In this document: positions 18,701 through 26,565 of the stretch, piece by piece | How positions within the stretch are numbered: position 1 is the first letter of the stretch | Layout of the letters: the number at the start of each line of letters is the position of its first letter | Assembly: GCF_000621645.1 (NCBI RefSeq) | Contig: NZ_JHXR01000003.1 | Coordinates: 300,001 to 332,000 of the forward strand | Direction: 5' to 3' | Source: Vibrio cholerae ATCC 14035 | GTDB lineage: Bacteria > Pseudomonadota > Gammaproteobacteria > Enterobacterales > Vibrionaceae | DNA: 32,000 bases | The notes under the pieces: generated by a model | Seen by the model: the letters and a program-made list of their open reading frames with translations, nothing else | Told to the model about the DNA's origin: nothing | Databases searched by the model: none | Program-made: the position numbers and the translations under genes

Positions 18701-21700
18701 CACGCCGATCTGGTGGTGATGGATAAGCCCTGTGAGTTTGGCAATGTGATCGCTTTTGATGCCTTGATTGAGCCTGTCTTATTCGCCGATGGAGTACCTG
18801 ACGTTACACCACTCGATCAATTAAGCCGATTAAGCCAAAGCCAACAAACGGCTTATTATCTTTATACCTCTGGCACTACGGGCAAACCTAAGTGCGTGGT
18901 GGTCAATAATCAGGCGACCTCGAATGTGATTGGTCAAACTGGCCAAGCGTGGCATCTCACCAGTGAGGATGTGGTGATGTCAGTGACGCCATTGCATCAT
19001 GATATGTCGGTGTTTGATCTCTTTGCCACCTTGAGCTTCGGAGCGACGTTAGTTCTTCCCGCTGGGCATGAAGAAAAAGATGCGTTGCAATGGAATCGCT
19101 TAATTGAGCGGCATCAAGTGACGATTTGGGTCTCCGTCCCCGCTATCTTGGAGATGTTGCTCTCTTGCACTCAAGCAGGGCAATTACACTCACTTCGTCT
19201 GATTGCCCAAGGGGGGGATTACATCAAACCTGCCACCATCGCCCAATTACGCGCTGGTTCAAATCCGCCGCGGTTGATCTCTTTGGGCGGTCCTACCGAG
19301 ACGACGATTTGGAGCATCTGGCATGAGCTGACGGCAGATGATGTCAGCGTGATCCCATATGGTCGGCCGTTGGCGGGAAACCGTTATTTCATTATGGATG
19401 AGATACAACGCCATGTACCGCAAGGTGTGGTCGGCCGTATCTTCACCTCTGGGGTCAATTTAGCGCAAGGTTATCTTGAAGACGGCGAACTGAAACAAAC
19501 CGATTTTGTCACCGTATTGGATGAGCATGGCCACCCTGTGCGCGCGTTTCGAACGGGCGATCAAGGCTACTACCGCGCGGACGGCAATATCATTTTTGCT
19601 AGCCGCATCAATGGTTATGTGAAAGTTCGTGGGGTACGAGTGTCACTGCCGGATATCGAAAAGCAGCTGCAAACTCATCCGGCGCTCGCGAGCGTGGTGG
19701 TGGTCGATTATGCGGATACTAATGGAGATACCGCTTTAGCCGCATTATTTAGCGTTAAACCTCAGCAATCAGCATCGAGTCAGGCGTTACGAGAGTTTGC
19801 CAAACAATCGCTACCGTCTTCGCATATTCCGAGTCGGTTTATTGCTTTAGAGGCTTTACCGCTTTCTGCGAATGGTAAAGTGGATCGCAAACAGTGCCAA
19901 GCGCATGTTCAGCGACAATCGATCTCTGTTGAACCAGTAGGTCAACCGAATCAAAGTCAACCTCTCTCACCACCTACCTTGTCATCGGCTTCCTTGAGTG
20001 AGTTTGAACAGCGAGTCTGGCGACAGCATCAACGACATGGTGACGGACGCAATCAATATGCGACCGCTTATCGATTGAGCGGAAAAGTGAATATCGCGCG
20101 CTTAATCACAGCGCTCAGTCAGTTGCCCAATCATTTTCCAGTGTTAAACCGACGCTATGTGCTTGATGAGGCATCCGGCTTAACCTTGTACTCGGCGAAG
20201 CCAACACCGCTTGAGATCCATTTTGAGCATGTTGAGTCAATGGATGAGGCGTTTGAACATCTTGTGCGATGGCAAAATCAGCCGATGGATTTAGCCAAGC
20301 AAGCCACACTAAGTTTTTGCTTGTTGAGTTTGGGGAGCGAAGAGCGAGTGCTTGGGGTGATAAGCCATCAAATTATCAGCGAGCAATGGGATTGGCGGCG
20401 CGTATTTGAGTGCGTAACCAATGGGTATAACCAAATCGCCTGTGACATCGATCCTGTGATGGAGGGGGAGGATCTTTCCCTCGGCTTTACCCCTGTGATG
20501 CCGCAAACGCCATTATCCCAAGCGTTGTTGCCGTGGTTACAGCCTGCGAGCCACGCTACATGGATTGAGCAGAGCTTGCCGAGCGCAAATAGCGCCATCA
20601 ATACGCTTTGCAGTCGTAAATATCGGATTGCCCTACACAGCAGCGTACTGGCGGAGCATGGTTTAGCGCAGCCGGATAAGCAGGAAGTGCTTGCACTGAT
20701 CGCCGCGTTATTTGCTCGCTACCTTGCCGCAAGTGCGAAACTTGGCCAATTTGAGCTTTACGTTCCGCATGATGTGGAGCGCAAAACGCGTGAGTTGAAT
20801 GGTTCTATGATTGAAAGCCAGTTGGTGCATATCGCCCTTAAAGGCTTTGAGCGTCCGCTTTCGCAACTGAGCCAAGAGATCTTAGACGCTATGCGCCAGC
20901 CGTTAACGGGGGGAGTCGCTAGCGAAACTCACGCCTCTGCCGCAGCCTTGGTGACTTGGTTAGTGGATCCTTCAGTGCATCTACAATTGGAGGGCTTGCG
21001 CTGCGAAAAATTACTTTTTGCAGCCATGCACCCCAAATTTGAAGTCGCCTTGGGGGTTGGGCTTAATTGCCAAGGTGCCCTAGTACTTGAGCTGGCGTTA
21101 GATGCCACGGTTTCCCCCCATGTCGGAGCCTACTTGCTTGAGCAATTTGTCGCTGCGATAGGTGGGCGAACAATGCCTTCTTCGACAACCTCATCCTCTC
21201 ATGTCTCAGCCATTGAGTTGACGTCAAACAATCCGCCGACCTCAAACAATGCGCATGCGGCGTTGGCAGAGTCTGAGCTTGAATTGAGCGCTGTAAATTC
21301 CTCTGCGGTTGAAGAGTGCATTTTGGCTGAGTTTCGCTCAGCACTTGGTGTTGCCGAGATGACGGCAGAGGATGATTTCTTTGATTTTGGCGGACATTCC
21401 CTGATCGCAACGCGAGTCATTGGTCGCTTGTTGAGCGAGCAAGGTATTGAACTGCACATCAATGATATGTTTAGTTTCCCTAATGCCAAGCAACTGGCGC
21501 AGCAAGCCGTACTTCACCGTAAACCCACCAGCACATCATTCGCAGTGAGTGAGGTGGTCGAGTCGTCCAAAGCGCCTTTGTCGTTAGCACAAGCCTCTTT
21601 ATGGAAGGCGATGAGCAAATACGCCAAGTTTGGTTTGACCCACATCTTCAATCTTCCGTTTGCGCTTAAATTTTTAGATGAGGTCAATGAGCAAGCATTT

Positions 21701-22969
21701 GGTGAGGCTTTTCACTGGCTTTTACTGCGTCATGCTGGGTTACGAACCCACTTTGGCCTAGAAGATGGGCAGCCTTACCAGCACGTGATCGCAGCCAGCA
21801 ACATAGAACATTACCAGTGGTTCTGGACGTCTAAAGATAACGCCGCCCAATCCGTGGCCAGACTACTGGCGCAAGAGGCCGAGCACACCTTTGACCTGAG
21901 CCAAGAATTGCCACTTCGACTCAATTTCGTACGTGATGAACAGACGGGGACGCAATATCTTTCACTTCTGTTCCACCATATTGTGTTGGATGAGTGGTCG
22001 ATCAATATTTTGATGGATGAATTAGCACAGGTGTATCAACACAGTGTGCAAGGTACTCGTCCACAGTGGCAAACGGAACCCTTACCTTTCCATGAGTTTG
22101 CTCGCAAGCAGCGTTCTTCGGCATTCAATCAAACGCATCTTAACTATTGGTTAACCAAGTTTGCCGGTGTGCCTTGGGCACAGCCTCTGTTTGCTGCGGA
22201 TCATCCTTTAAGTAACAGCACTGGCGTCGATCTTGGAGAAGGCGGCTGGGTCGAAATAAAATTGCCGAAATCAACCATGGTATCGCTGTATCAATTGGCT
22301 AAAGCACGCCATGCTTCGTTGTTTAACGTGATGTATGCGGCGATTTCTGCGTCGGTACATTGTCTCGGCGCACCAGAAAAGCTGCTGGTTGGCACACCTG
22401 CTTCCGGTCGGCTGGATGCCGAGTTTTTCGACACAGTCGGTTATTTCACTACCATGGGCGTTCAGTTGGTGGATTTCACGAAAGTACAAACGGTGTGGCA
22501 ACTCATCGAGCAAGTGAAAAACAGCATTAACCAGTCGATGCCATACACAGATATTCCGATTGACCTGATTGAAGAAGGGCTCAAAGGTGTTGAGCATGAG
22601 ACGGAAGGTCACATGTTTGAGGTCTTTATACAACTGCATGCAAAAAATAAGCTGCATGGAGAGCTACTGTTGACAGAAGGGCATGCGATCCGCTTCCAAC
22701 AAGTCGATCCCGATAAAAGTGAATCCGGCTTAGGTTTACAGTTTGAAATTTTAGAAGAGAGGATCGAGCAAAAGCAGACGTTGAGAGTCATGATGAGTTA
22801 TATGTCGAAACACTATAGCCCAGCTCAAGTCGCTCTGTTGACCAAGGTAACCAGTGGCATGTTTGAGCGGTTTTCCGATTGTATTGCACAAGATATTGCA
22901 CTGCCGACGCTGAAAAAGCAGGTGAGGCAGCTTGAAGATGAAGCTTGTCGCTCTCCGTCCATGGGGTAG
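15728..22969 (+). CDS. vibF: Vibriobactin nonribosomal peptide synthetase VibF, domain order Cy-Cy-A-C-PCP-C (2413 aa)
   Basis: Motifs read directly from the sequence:
- Cy DxxxxD twice: DMIACD (16124-16141) and DALIVD (17495-17512).
- Adenylation cores: LYTSGTTGKPK (18860-18892), GGPTETT, FRTGD, NGYVKVRGVRV, NGKVDRK.
- Degenerate C1 site SHQIISE (20363-20383).
- Carrier GGHS with the Ser codon at 21398-21400.
- Intact C2 site HHIVLDE (21974-21994).
The ATG at 15728 gives 2413 aa, the published VibF size. The track start at 15716 is a GTG. Confidence 0.95.
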   Translation: MKEMTAMQAAYWLGRQHDCLLDGVAAHLYAEFDGQALNRQALTEAVRALYAKHPMLRLAITKDGQQKILPLSTFHQLKVDDLSQWKPDEVESFVHTKRQRMTHQMLDLTQGNPIEISLTLLPEGKHRLHIDADMIACDAQSFRLLVDDLTSLYLEAIEHRLEIIESDVVTFFQYLDAQQADRALAKRKEVDKKWWQERLATIPAEPSLPYQPVPTDAVSANSQRFAHWFTPVERKGLAEVARQHHLTLTQLTLALFSQVIANACQERQFRLNVPTFHRGNRSLDIEHTIGDFSNLLIFSADVGTTQTLLSLCQQTANQLHQLLRHESYSGVSVMRDLSRKQGGVQRSPIVFTSGMEMRDEEIFSDHVTQHLGRMNWVISQGAQVTLDAQIAPAYEGILLNWDVRMENFADKDITALFAHYVDLIRCVALHPEMMQQSVQQIDAQLGYARRESIQEMPLTPLQQAYLLGRSTQIALGGVAMHEFREYRGHIDTQSLHSRLLYLVEHIPALRTRIDQEKWIQWVSPCIALNWQAIDLQHLSREQALLAVEPVRQQYQQRMHDLTRSPWQICVVQLPIEEQEEFSSIVLTSFDALIVDGRTHALILAALLGSEEPDITQVVQNARDTQSISPQFASKKAQDEAYWKSKLHPDCPPPALPWKQALETITTSRYARESLQIPKESVGKLNRCGIENGLFLNSLLTATILDVLSYWTTEIGMRVGFPVLIPSSNAIDGNESSFVILEHEKSTLSLLSQASKLQREMLEALEHLAFSGVDLNRLLMNQAPQALVLPVVLTNGLSWKTLNPEDAVTLFDGVTQTPQVALDIRLTYDEQKNLIISFDYALAVLETELIREMLSALHHRLSQITSSASLAAPLEPCIDLSHYRFNSDESASHDCDFLAKLAQQLFVRTEDKTAVICGEQTLSYAQLGEQVQRVMWQLKARGLTTGNVLAICLPRSVEHIVISLASALSGIIWVPIDAASPKERLNYLLENCHADLVVMDKPCEFGNVIAFDALIEPVLFADGVPDVTPLDQLSRLSQSQQTAYYLYTSGTTGKPKCVVVNNQATSNVIGQTGQAWHLTSEDVVMSVTPLHHDMSVFDLFATLSFGATLVLPAGHEEKDALQWNRLIERHQVTIWVSVPAILEMLLSCTQAGQLHSLRLIAQGGDYIKPATIAQLRAGSNPPRLISLGGPTETTIWSIWHELTADDVSVIPYGRPLAGNRYFIMDEIQRHVPQGVVGRIFTSGVNLAQGYLEDGELKQTDFVTVLDEHGHPVRAFRTGDQGYYRADGNIIFASRINGYVKVRGVRVSLPDIEKQLQTHPALASVVVVDYADTNGDTALAALFSVKPQQSASSQALREFAKQSLPSSHIPSRFIALEALPLSANGKVDRKQCQAHVQRQSISVEPVGQPNQSQPLSPPTLSSASLSEFEQRVWRQHQRHGDGRNQYATAYRLSGKVNIARLITALSQLPNHFPVLNRRYVLDEASGLTLYSAKPTPLEIHFEHVESMDEAFEHLVRWQNQPMDLAKQATLSFCLLSLGSEERVLGVISHQIISEQWDWRRVFECVTNGYNQIACDIDPVMEGEDLSLGFTPVMPQTPLSQALLPWLQPASHATWIEQSLPSANSAINTLCSRKYRIALHSSVLAEHGLAQPDKQEVLALIAALFARYLAASAKLGQFELYVPHDVERKTRELNGSMIESQLVHIALKGFERPLSQLSQEILDAMRQPLTGGVASETHASAAALVTWLVDPSVHLQLEGLRCEKLLFAAMHPKFEVALGVGLNCQGALVLELALDATVSPHVGAYLLEQFVAAIGGRTMPSSTTSSSHVSAIELTSNNPPTSNNAHAALAESELELSAVNSSAVEECILAEFRSALGVAEMTAEDDFFDFGGHSLIATRVIGRLLSEQGIELHINDMFSFPNAKQLAQQAVLHRKPTSTSFAVSEVVESSKAPLSLAQASLWKAMSKYAKFGLTHIFNLPFALKFLDEVNEQAFGEAFHWLLLRHAGLRTHFGLEDGQPYQHVIAASNIEHYQWFWTSKDNAAQSVARLLAQEAEHTFDLSQELPLRLNFVRDEQTGTQYLSLLFHHIVLDEWSINILMDELAQVYQHSVQGTRPQWQTEPLPFHEFARKQRSSAFNQTHLNYWLTKFAGVPWAQPLFAADHPLSNSTGVDLGEGGWVEIKLPKSTMVSLYQLAKARHASLFNVMYAAISASVHCLGAPEKLLVGTPASGRLDAEFFDTVGYFTTMGVQLVDFTKVQTVWQLIEQVKNSINQSMPYTDIPIDLIEEGLKGVEHETEGHMFEVFIQLHAKNKLHGELLLTEGHAIRFQQVDPDKSESGLGLQFEILEERIEQKQTLRVMMSYMSKHYSPAQVALLTKVTSGMFERFSDCIAQDIALPTLKKQVRQLEDEACRSPSMG

Positions 22970-23046
22970 TGTTTTTGTGTCGTGACTCGATATCGTAGTG
23001 GTAGGGAATAGGGGGCGAAGGGCGATATTGGCTCCCCCTTTATGAC

Positions 23047-23082
23047 AAGCCCTGAAGTGCCAGTCGTGGCAGTTCAGGGCTT
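23047..23082. terminator. Long hairpin between the convergent vibF and flgT genes
   Basis: AAGCCCTGAA..TGCCA-gtcg-TGGCA..TTCAGGGCTT forms an extended imperfect stem between two convergent stop codons. It has no clean U-tract on either side. Confidence 0.45.
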
Positions 23083-23098
23083 GAACTTGATGATTGAG

Positions 23099-24232
23099 CT
23101 ACATCTGCTTGTGCATCACATCGCCGATTTGAATACTGTAGGCGAGCTCAGGTTGATCCACGGTTAATTCCGCTTCGTGTTCATATACACGAGACACGGT
23201 AAGCGTAATCTCACTTTGTGTGACTTTGTTACGCGGCAACCCTTGTTGGTCGATAAAGGCTCCGGTGTGCCAGAGGCTGAGCTTGTCACCTTGTTTAACA
23301 CCGTGAATACGACCGAGATCCATGGTGGCTGTGGTTCCAAATTTCGCCACAATTTGCGGTAACGTGATCTTACAAGAAATTTCCGATTCAAGGTCGAGCA
23401 TAATGTTGCGGCTCACCCGCAGCATCATTTCACCATAAGTCGATGCCCAGAAACGTGCACTACGCGTATCAATTTGGCTGGTTTTAGGAAACGGCCAGCG
23501 CGCAACTTCACGGTAAGTGCGTGTCATCACTTCATTGCCTGTTTTTCCATCAAACACACTGATTTCCATCGCAAACTGGCGATTGATGATGTCATCTTGC
23601 AGCGTTTTTTGCTCTATGGTGGCGGTTAAATCAGTGATCATGCCGCCCATGATGTACTGCGCTCCAGCATCTTGCGCGATCATCTTGATCCGCTCCGGCG
23701 CTTTAGGGTCAATATCGTATTGGGTTGTGCCGACCGAGACAAAGCTGCGAGATTCTTGCTCTAAGCGACGATTAATCACCTGCGCAAAATCATCACCGAC
23801 CTGATAGATCTGTCCCATCACTGCTTGCTGAGGTGAGGCCAGATCAATATTGCCGATCAACATGGTTTTTTTGTATTGCTCAACGTGGCAAGCCGTTGCC
23901 GATGGGTAAATATCAATGCGGGTGCGCACGTACATCACATTGTTAATCGCTTTGCGTTCTTCAATCAGGATGTAGCGTACCTCATGGTTAGCAAACAGGT
24001 ATTCTCGACGATCAGACTCCAAGAGCGGCATCAAATTGCTAATGCTGCCAATATCTGCCCCGGCAAAATTTACCGCTTTATACAGCGCATCTTCTAAGGC
24101 GTGTAAGCGGGCGACCTCTTCGGAAGAAACAATAGCGGCAGAGCCTGTCACTTCATACCAAGCTGCATGAGCCGATGGAAGTTGAAGCATCATCCAAAGT
24201 GCTGAAATGATAGATAAAATATTTTTTTTCAT
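23099..24232 (-). CDS. flgT: Flagellar H-ring / assembly protein FlgT (377 aa)
   Basis: Signal peptide MKKNILSIISALWMMLQLPSAHA. The size and its position divergent from flgOP and next to flgNMA match Vibrio flgT. The identity call rests on remembered synteny plus length. Confidence 0.85.
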   Translation of the reverse strand: MKKNILSIISALWMMLQLPSAHAAWYEVTGSAAIVSSEEVARLHALEDALYKAVNFAGADIGSISNLMPLLESDRREYLFANHEVRYILIEERKAINNVMYVRTRIDIYPSATACHVEQYKKTMLIGNIDLASPQQAVMGQIYQVGDDFAQVINRRLEQESRSFVSVGTTQYDIDPKAPERIKMIAQDAGAQYIMGGMITDLTATIEQKTLQDDIINRQFAMEISVFDGKTGNEVMTRTYREVARWPFPKTSQIDTRSARFWASTYGEMMLRVSRNIMLDLESEISCKITLPQIVAKFGTTATMDLGRIHGVKQGDKLSLWHTGAFIDQQGLPRNKVTQSEITLTVSRVYEHEAELTVDQPELAYSIQIGDVMHKQM

Positions 24233-24246
24233 CGTAAGGTCCCAAG

Positions 24247-24263
24247 TGGGTATAAATTTTGCT
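24247..24263 (+). promoter_or_regulatory. Weak sigma54-like -24/-12 element facing flgO
   Basis: TGGGTATAAATTTTGCT. The GG-to-GC spacing is correct only if the second and third G are used (so G, not T, precedes GG). The -12 TTGCT is good. Confidence 0.3.
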
Positions 24264-24320
24264 TTTCAAATCCTAACTGATGTAGGCATTGCAATTCTGA
24301 ATCAATAACCGTTTAAGAAA

Positions 24321-24336
24321 AGCAAGGAGCGTTCCA
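24321..24336 (-). promoter_or_regulatory. Sigma54 -24/-12 promoter for flgT
   Basis: The minus strand reads CTGGAACGCTCCTTGCTT against consensus YTGGCACGR-N3-TTGCW, with exact GG-N10-GC spacing. It lies about 90 nt upstream of the flgT ATG. Confidence 0.6.
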
Positions 24337-24392
24337 GTTTAATCGAGTGAGAAGCTGAAATGCGCGCCATAGTATATCTGGAGATGAAGAGA

Positions 24393-25028
24393 ATGAAAAA
24401 ATGGCTTTCCTTAGTACCCGTCGTTTTACTGACTTCGTGTGCATACGCCCCGATTTATAACGGCAAAGAGCCATACAATGGTTCACAGTTTATGTTGATG
24501 GAGAGTCCTCGTCACACATTGGATTTCTTTGTTGAGAGCATGACGGAAGATTTGATGCTCTCGAATACCAGCATTACTGCTCGTACGCCAATTGCGGTGA
24601 CCTCGTTTGTCGATCTGCAAAATATGGATACCACTAACTGGCTCGGTAATTCGGTCTCGGAAGGATTCATTCACCAGTTTCAGCGCCGTGGATTCAAAGT
24701 GGTGGATTTTAAAACCACAGGTTCAATCCAAGTGACGCAGCAGGGGGATTTTGCCTTTAGCCGCGACTGGAAAAACCTTTCTTCAGAGCAAGAAGTCCAG
24801 TACGTACTGACAGGGACTATGCTGCGCCAAGAAGGCGGGGTGATAGTGAATGCTCGTGTAGTTGGCATGCACTCACGAATTGTTGTGGCCACGGCACAAG
24901 GTTTCTTGCCTGCCGATCGTATCGGCCGAGATTTGGATACGCTCAACAGTATCCGTACCCAAGATGGAGTGTTGATCCGCTCAGATCCAACCATCACTCA
25001 GCCGTACACCGTGATTTTACGTCCATAG
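24393..25028 (+). CDS. flgO: Flagellar outer-membrane-associated lipoprotein FlgO (211 aa; alternative ATGs at 24384 and 24360)
   Basis: MKKWLSLVPVVLLTSC lipobox. The stop overlaps the flgP RBS (TAGGAGAACGATG). Position between flgT and flgP. Confidence 0.85.
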   Translation: MKKWLSLVPVVLLTSCAYAPIYNGKEPYNGSQFMLMESPRHTLDFFVESMTEDLMLSNTSITARTPIAVTSFVDLQNMDTTNWLGNSVSEGFIHQFQRRGFKVVDFKTTGSIQVTQQGDFAFSRDWKNLSSEQEVQYVLTGTMLRQEGGVIVNARVVGMHSRIVVATAQGFLPADRIGRDLDTLNSIRTQDGVLIRSDPTITQPYTVILRP

Positions 25029-25035
25029 GAGAACG

Positions 25036-25473
25036 ATGATGAAATCTAGCTTACTACTCCTAGTGGCAGCCTTAATGATGACGGGATGCCAACCCTTGCA
25101 AAGCATGCGCCCTGATGATTGGTTAACGGCGGTTGGCTATGCCAATATCAGCGAGCAGAGAGGGCGTGATGAGGCCGAGAAGCAAGTGCGTGCGATGCGT
25201 GCTTCTAAAATTGATGCTTACCGCGAGCTTGCTGAGCAGGTGTATGGTATGCGCATCAGTGGTCGTGCTGAGTTACAAGATCAACGTCTTGGTACAGAGT
25301 GGACGGCAGGTGCGGTCGATGGTGTGATTCGCGGTGCTGAAGTGGTACGCAGTTATAAGGTTGGGGACAGCTATGTCACTGAACTGAGACTTGATATTCG
25401 CAAGATGGACAAGATGCGTGATTACGGGGAAGTTCAACAAGTTCCCGAAAAACGACAAATGACCCTATTCTAG
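25036..25473 (+). CDS. flgP: Flagellar lipoprotein FlgP (LPP20 family, 145 aa)
   Basis: AGGAG RBS. Lipobox LMMTGC. The short mature domain with the motif KIDAYRELAEQVYG is typical of the LPP20/FlgP family. Confidence 0.88.
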   Translation: MMKSSLLLLVAALMMTGCQPLQSMRPDDWLTAVGYANISEQRGRDEAEKQVRAMRASKIDAYRELAEQVYGMRISGRAELQDQRLGTEWTAGAVDGVIRGAEVVRSYKVGDSYVTELRLDIRKMDKMRDYGEVQQVPEKRQMTLF

Positions 25474-25501
25474 CGCTCACCTCTTCATCTCCCAGAACGT
25501 C

Positions 25502-25528
25502 AAAAGCGGCAATGATTGCCGCTTTTTT
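25502..25528 (+). terminator. Rho-independent terminator of flgOP
   Basis: AAGCGGCA-atgat-TGCCGCTT hairpin followed by TTTT. It sits between the convergent flgP and flgN. Confidence 0.8.
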
Positions 25529-25582
25529 GCTTGTTAAGTCTTACTGATTTGTTTGAGTGCTTCGCTTTAAGAGACTCTCTCA

Positions 25583-26008
25583 TCATGCTTTGATATTGGT
25601 ACCCAAGGTTGAAATAGTATGGGTTTTCCCGGTCGCGCTGTAAGTCATACCAATCTTGCCATGACTTTGTTGCATCAGGTTATTGAGTTTATTGAAGCTC
25701 AATTGCGCGCGGGCCAAAGCATCGCCATTAATCAGGTTGGCTTGCTGGCAATCCATGATAATACTGCGGATTTGACTCACCAACTCATTGAGATAAGTAT
25801 CTTCAGTCAGGCTCGCGACATGCGGATGTTTCGCAATGCGTTGGTCAGTTTGCTGTAATTGATTGACTAAGGTGAGTTTCTGTTTAGCAATGGATTCGAT
25901 ATCGACAGAGATTCGGCTGGTGATCGCAACTTTCTCCGCTTCGAGTACGGTCACGAGTTCTTGCGCATTTTTCAGTTGAAACTCAACCAAGTCTTTTAAT
26001 GCTGCCAT
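25583..26008 (-). CDS. flgN: Flagellar export chaperone FlgN (141 aa)
   Basis: All-helical, Gln/Leu-rich FlgN-like sequence downstream of flgM. The track start at 26014 is a TTG, so the ATG at 26008 is used. Confidence 0.82.
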   Translation of the reverse strand: MAALKDLVEFQLKNAQELVTVLEAEKVAITSRISVDIESIAKQKLTLVNQLQQTDQRIAKHPHVASLTEDTYLNELVSQIRSIIMDCQQANLINGDALARAQLSFNKLNNLMQQSHGKIGMTYSATGKTHTISTLGTNIKA

Positions 26009-26111
26009 CGCCAAATCGCCTATACATTACAGTGGGATCATCATTCTTTGTTCGTCACTTTTTCGTTATAACAACATACTCGTCGGTGACGCACGCTGGG
26101 GACACGTTAGG

Positions 26112-26435
26112 TTAGAAGCCGCCCAGTTCTTTTTCGAATTTGATCATATTATCGGCCAGTTTTTCAGGGTCAACCACGTAAGAGCCGTTAGCAATCGCTT
26201 CTTTGATTGCGGCGACTTTTGCGCTGTCAAAACTGGGTCTTGAAGCCATTTCACTATGCATTTCGCCAATGGCTTTACTTTGTGAGCTCAGCGATACCGC
26301 ATCTTGACCACTTGCCGATGAGCGCGATACCGCCCCGGATTGAGTGGAAGAGTTGCTGGCATCAGAAGAACGCACATTGGTGCGGCTGGTCGTGTTTAAC
26401 GACTGTCCTGCGCGTATGTTATCAATACCTGCCAT
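26112..26435 (-). CDS. flgM: Anti-sigma-28 factor FlgM (107 aa)
   Basis: Ser/Thr-rich disordered N-terminal half. Conserved C-terminal sigma28-binding helix region KVAAIKEAIANGSYVVDPEKLADNMIKFE. Confidence 0.9.
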   Translation of the reverse strand: MAGIDNIRAGQSLNTTSRTNVRSSDASNSSTQSGAVSRSSASGQDAVSLSSQSKAIGEMHSEMASRPSFDSAKVAAIKEAIANGSYVVDPEKLADNMIKFEKELGGF

Positions 26436-26473
26436 AAATGAGCCTTTTCAATAAACTTTAACGTGTACTGTCA

Positions 26474-26500
26474 ATATCGACCACACAGGTCGAAACTTTA
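26474..26500 (-). promoter_or_regulatory. Sigma28 (FliA) promoter for flgMN
   Basis: The minus strand reads TAAAGTTT-N11-GTCGATAT against consensus TAAAGTTT-N11-GCCGATAA. It lies in the flgA-flgM gap, about 40 nt upstream of the flgM ATG. Confidence 0.7.
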
Positions 26501-26565
26501 GCGACTTTTTTAACCAAACAGAAAATCACTTGGCACCAGTTTTTCTGATAAGCAAGGTAGAGCTA

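Noticed and set aside
22970-23046. AGGGGG...CCCCCT inverted repeat just after the vibF stop, considered as a possible repeat or mobile-element end
   Set aside because: It is a single short G/C hairpin with no second copy elsewhere in the window. It is most simply part of the convergent terminator region.
26530-26546. Plus-strand TGGCAC-N5-TTTCT sigma54-like motif
   Set aside because: The -12 GC is replaced by TC. The element points into the 3' end of flgA in antisense, with no downstream plus-strand gene.
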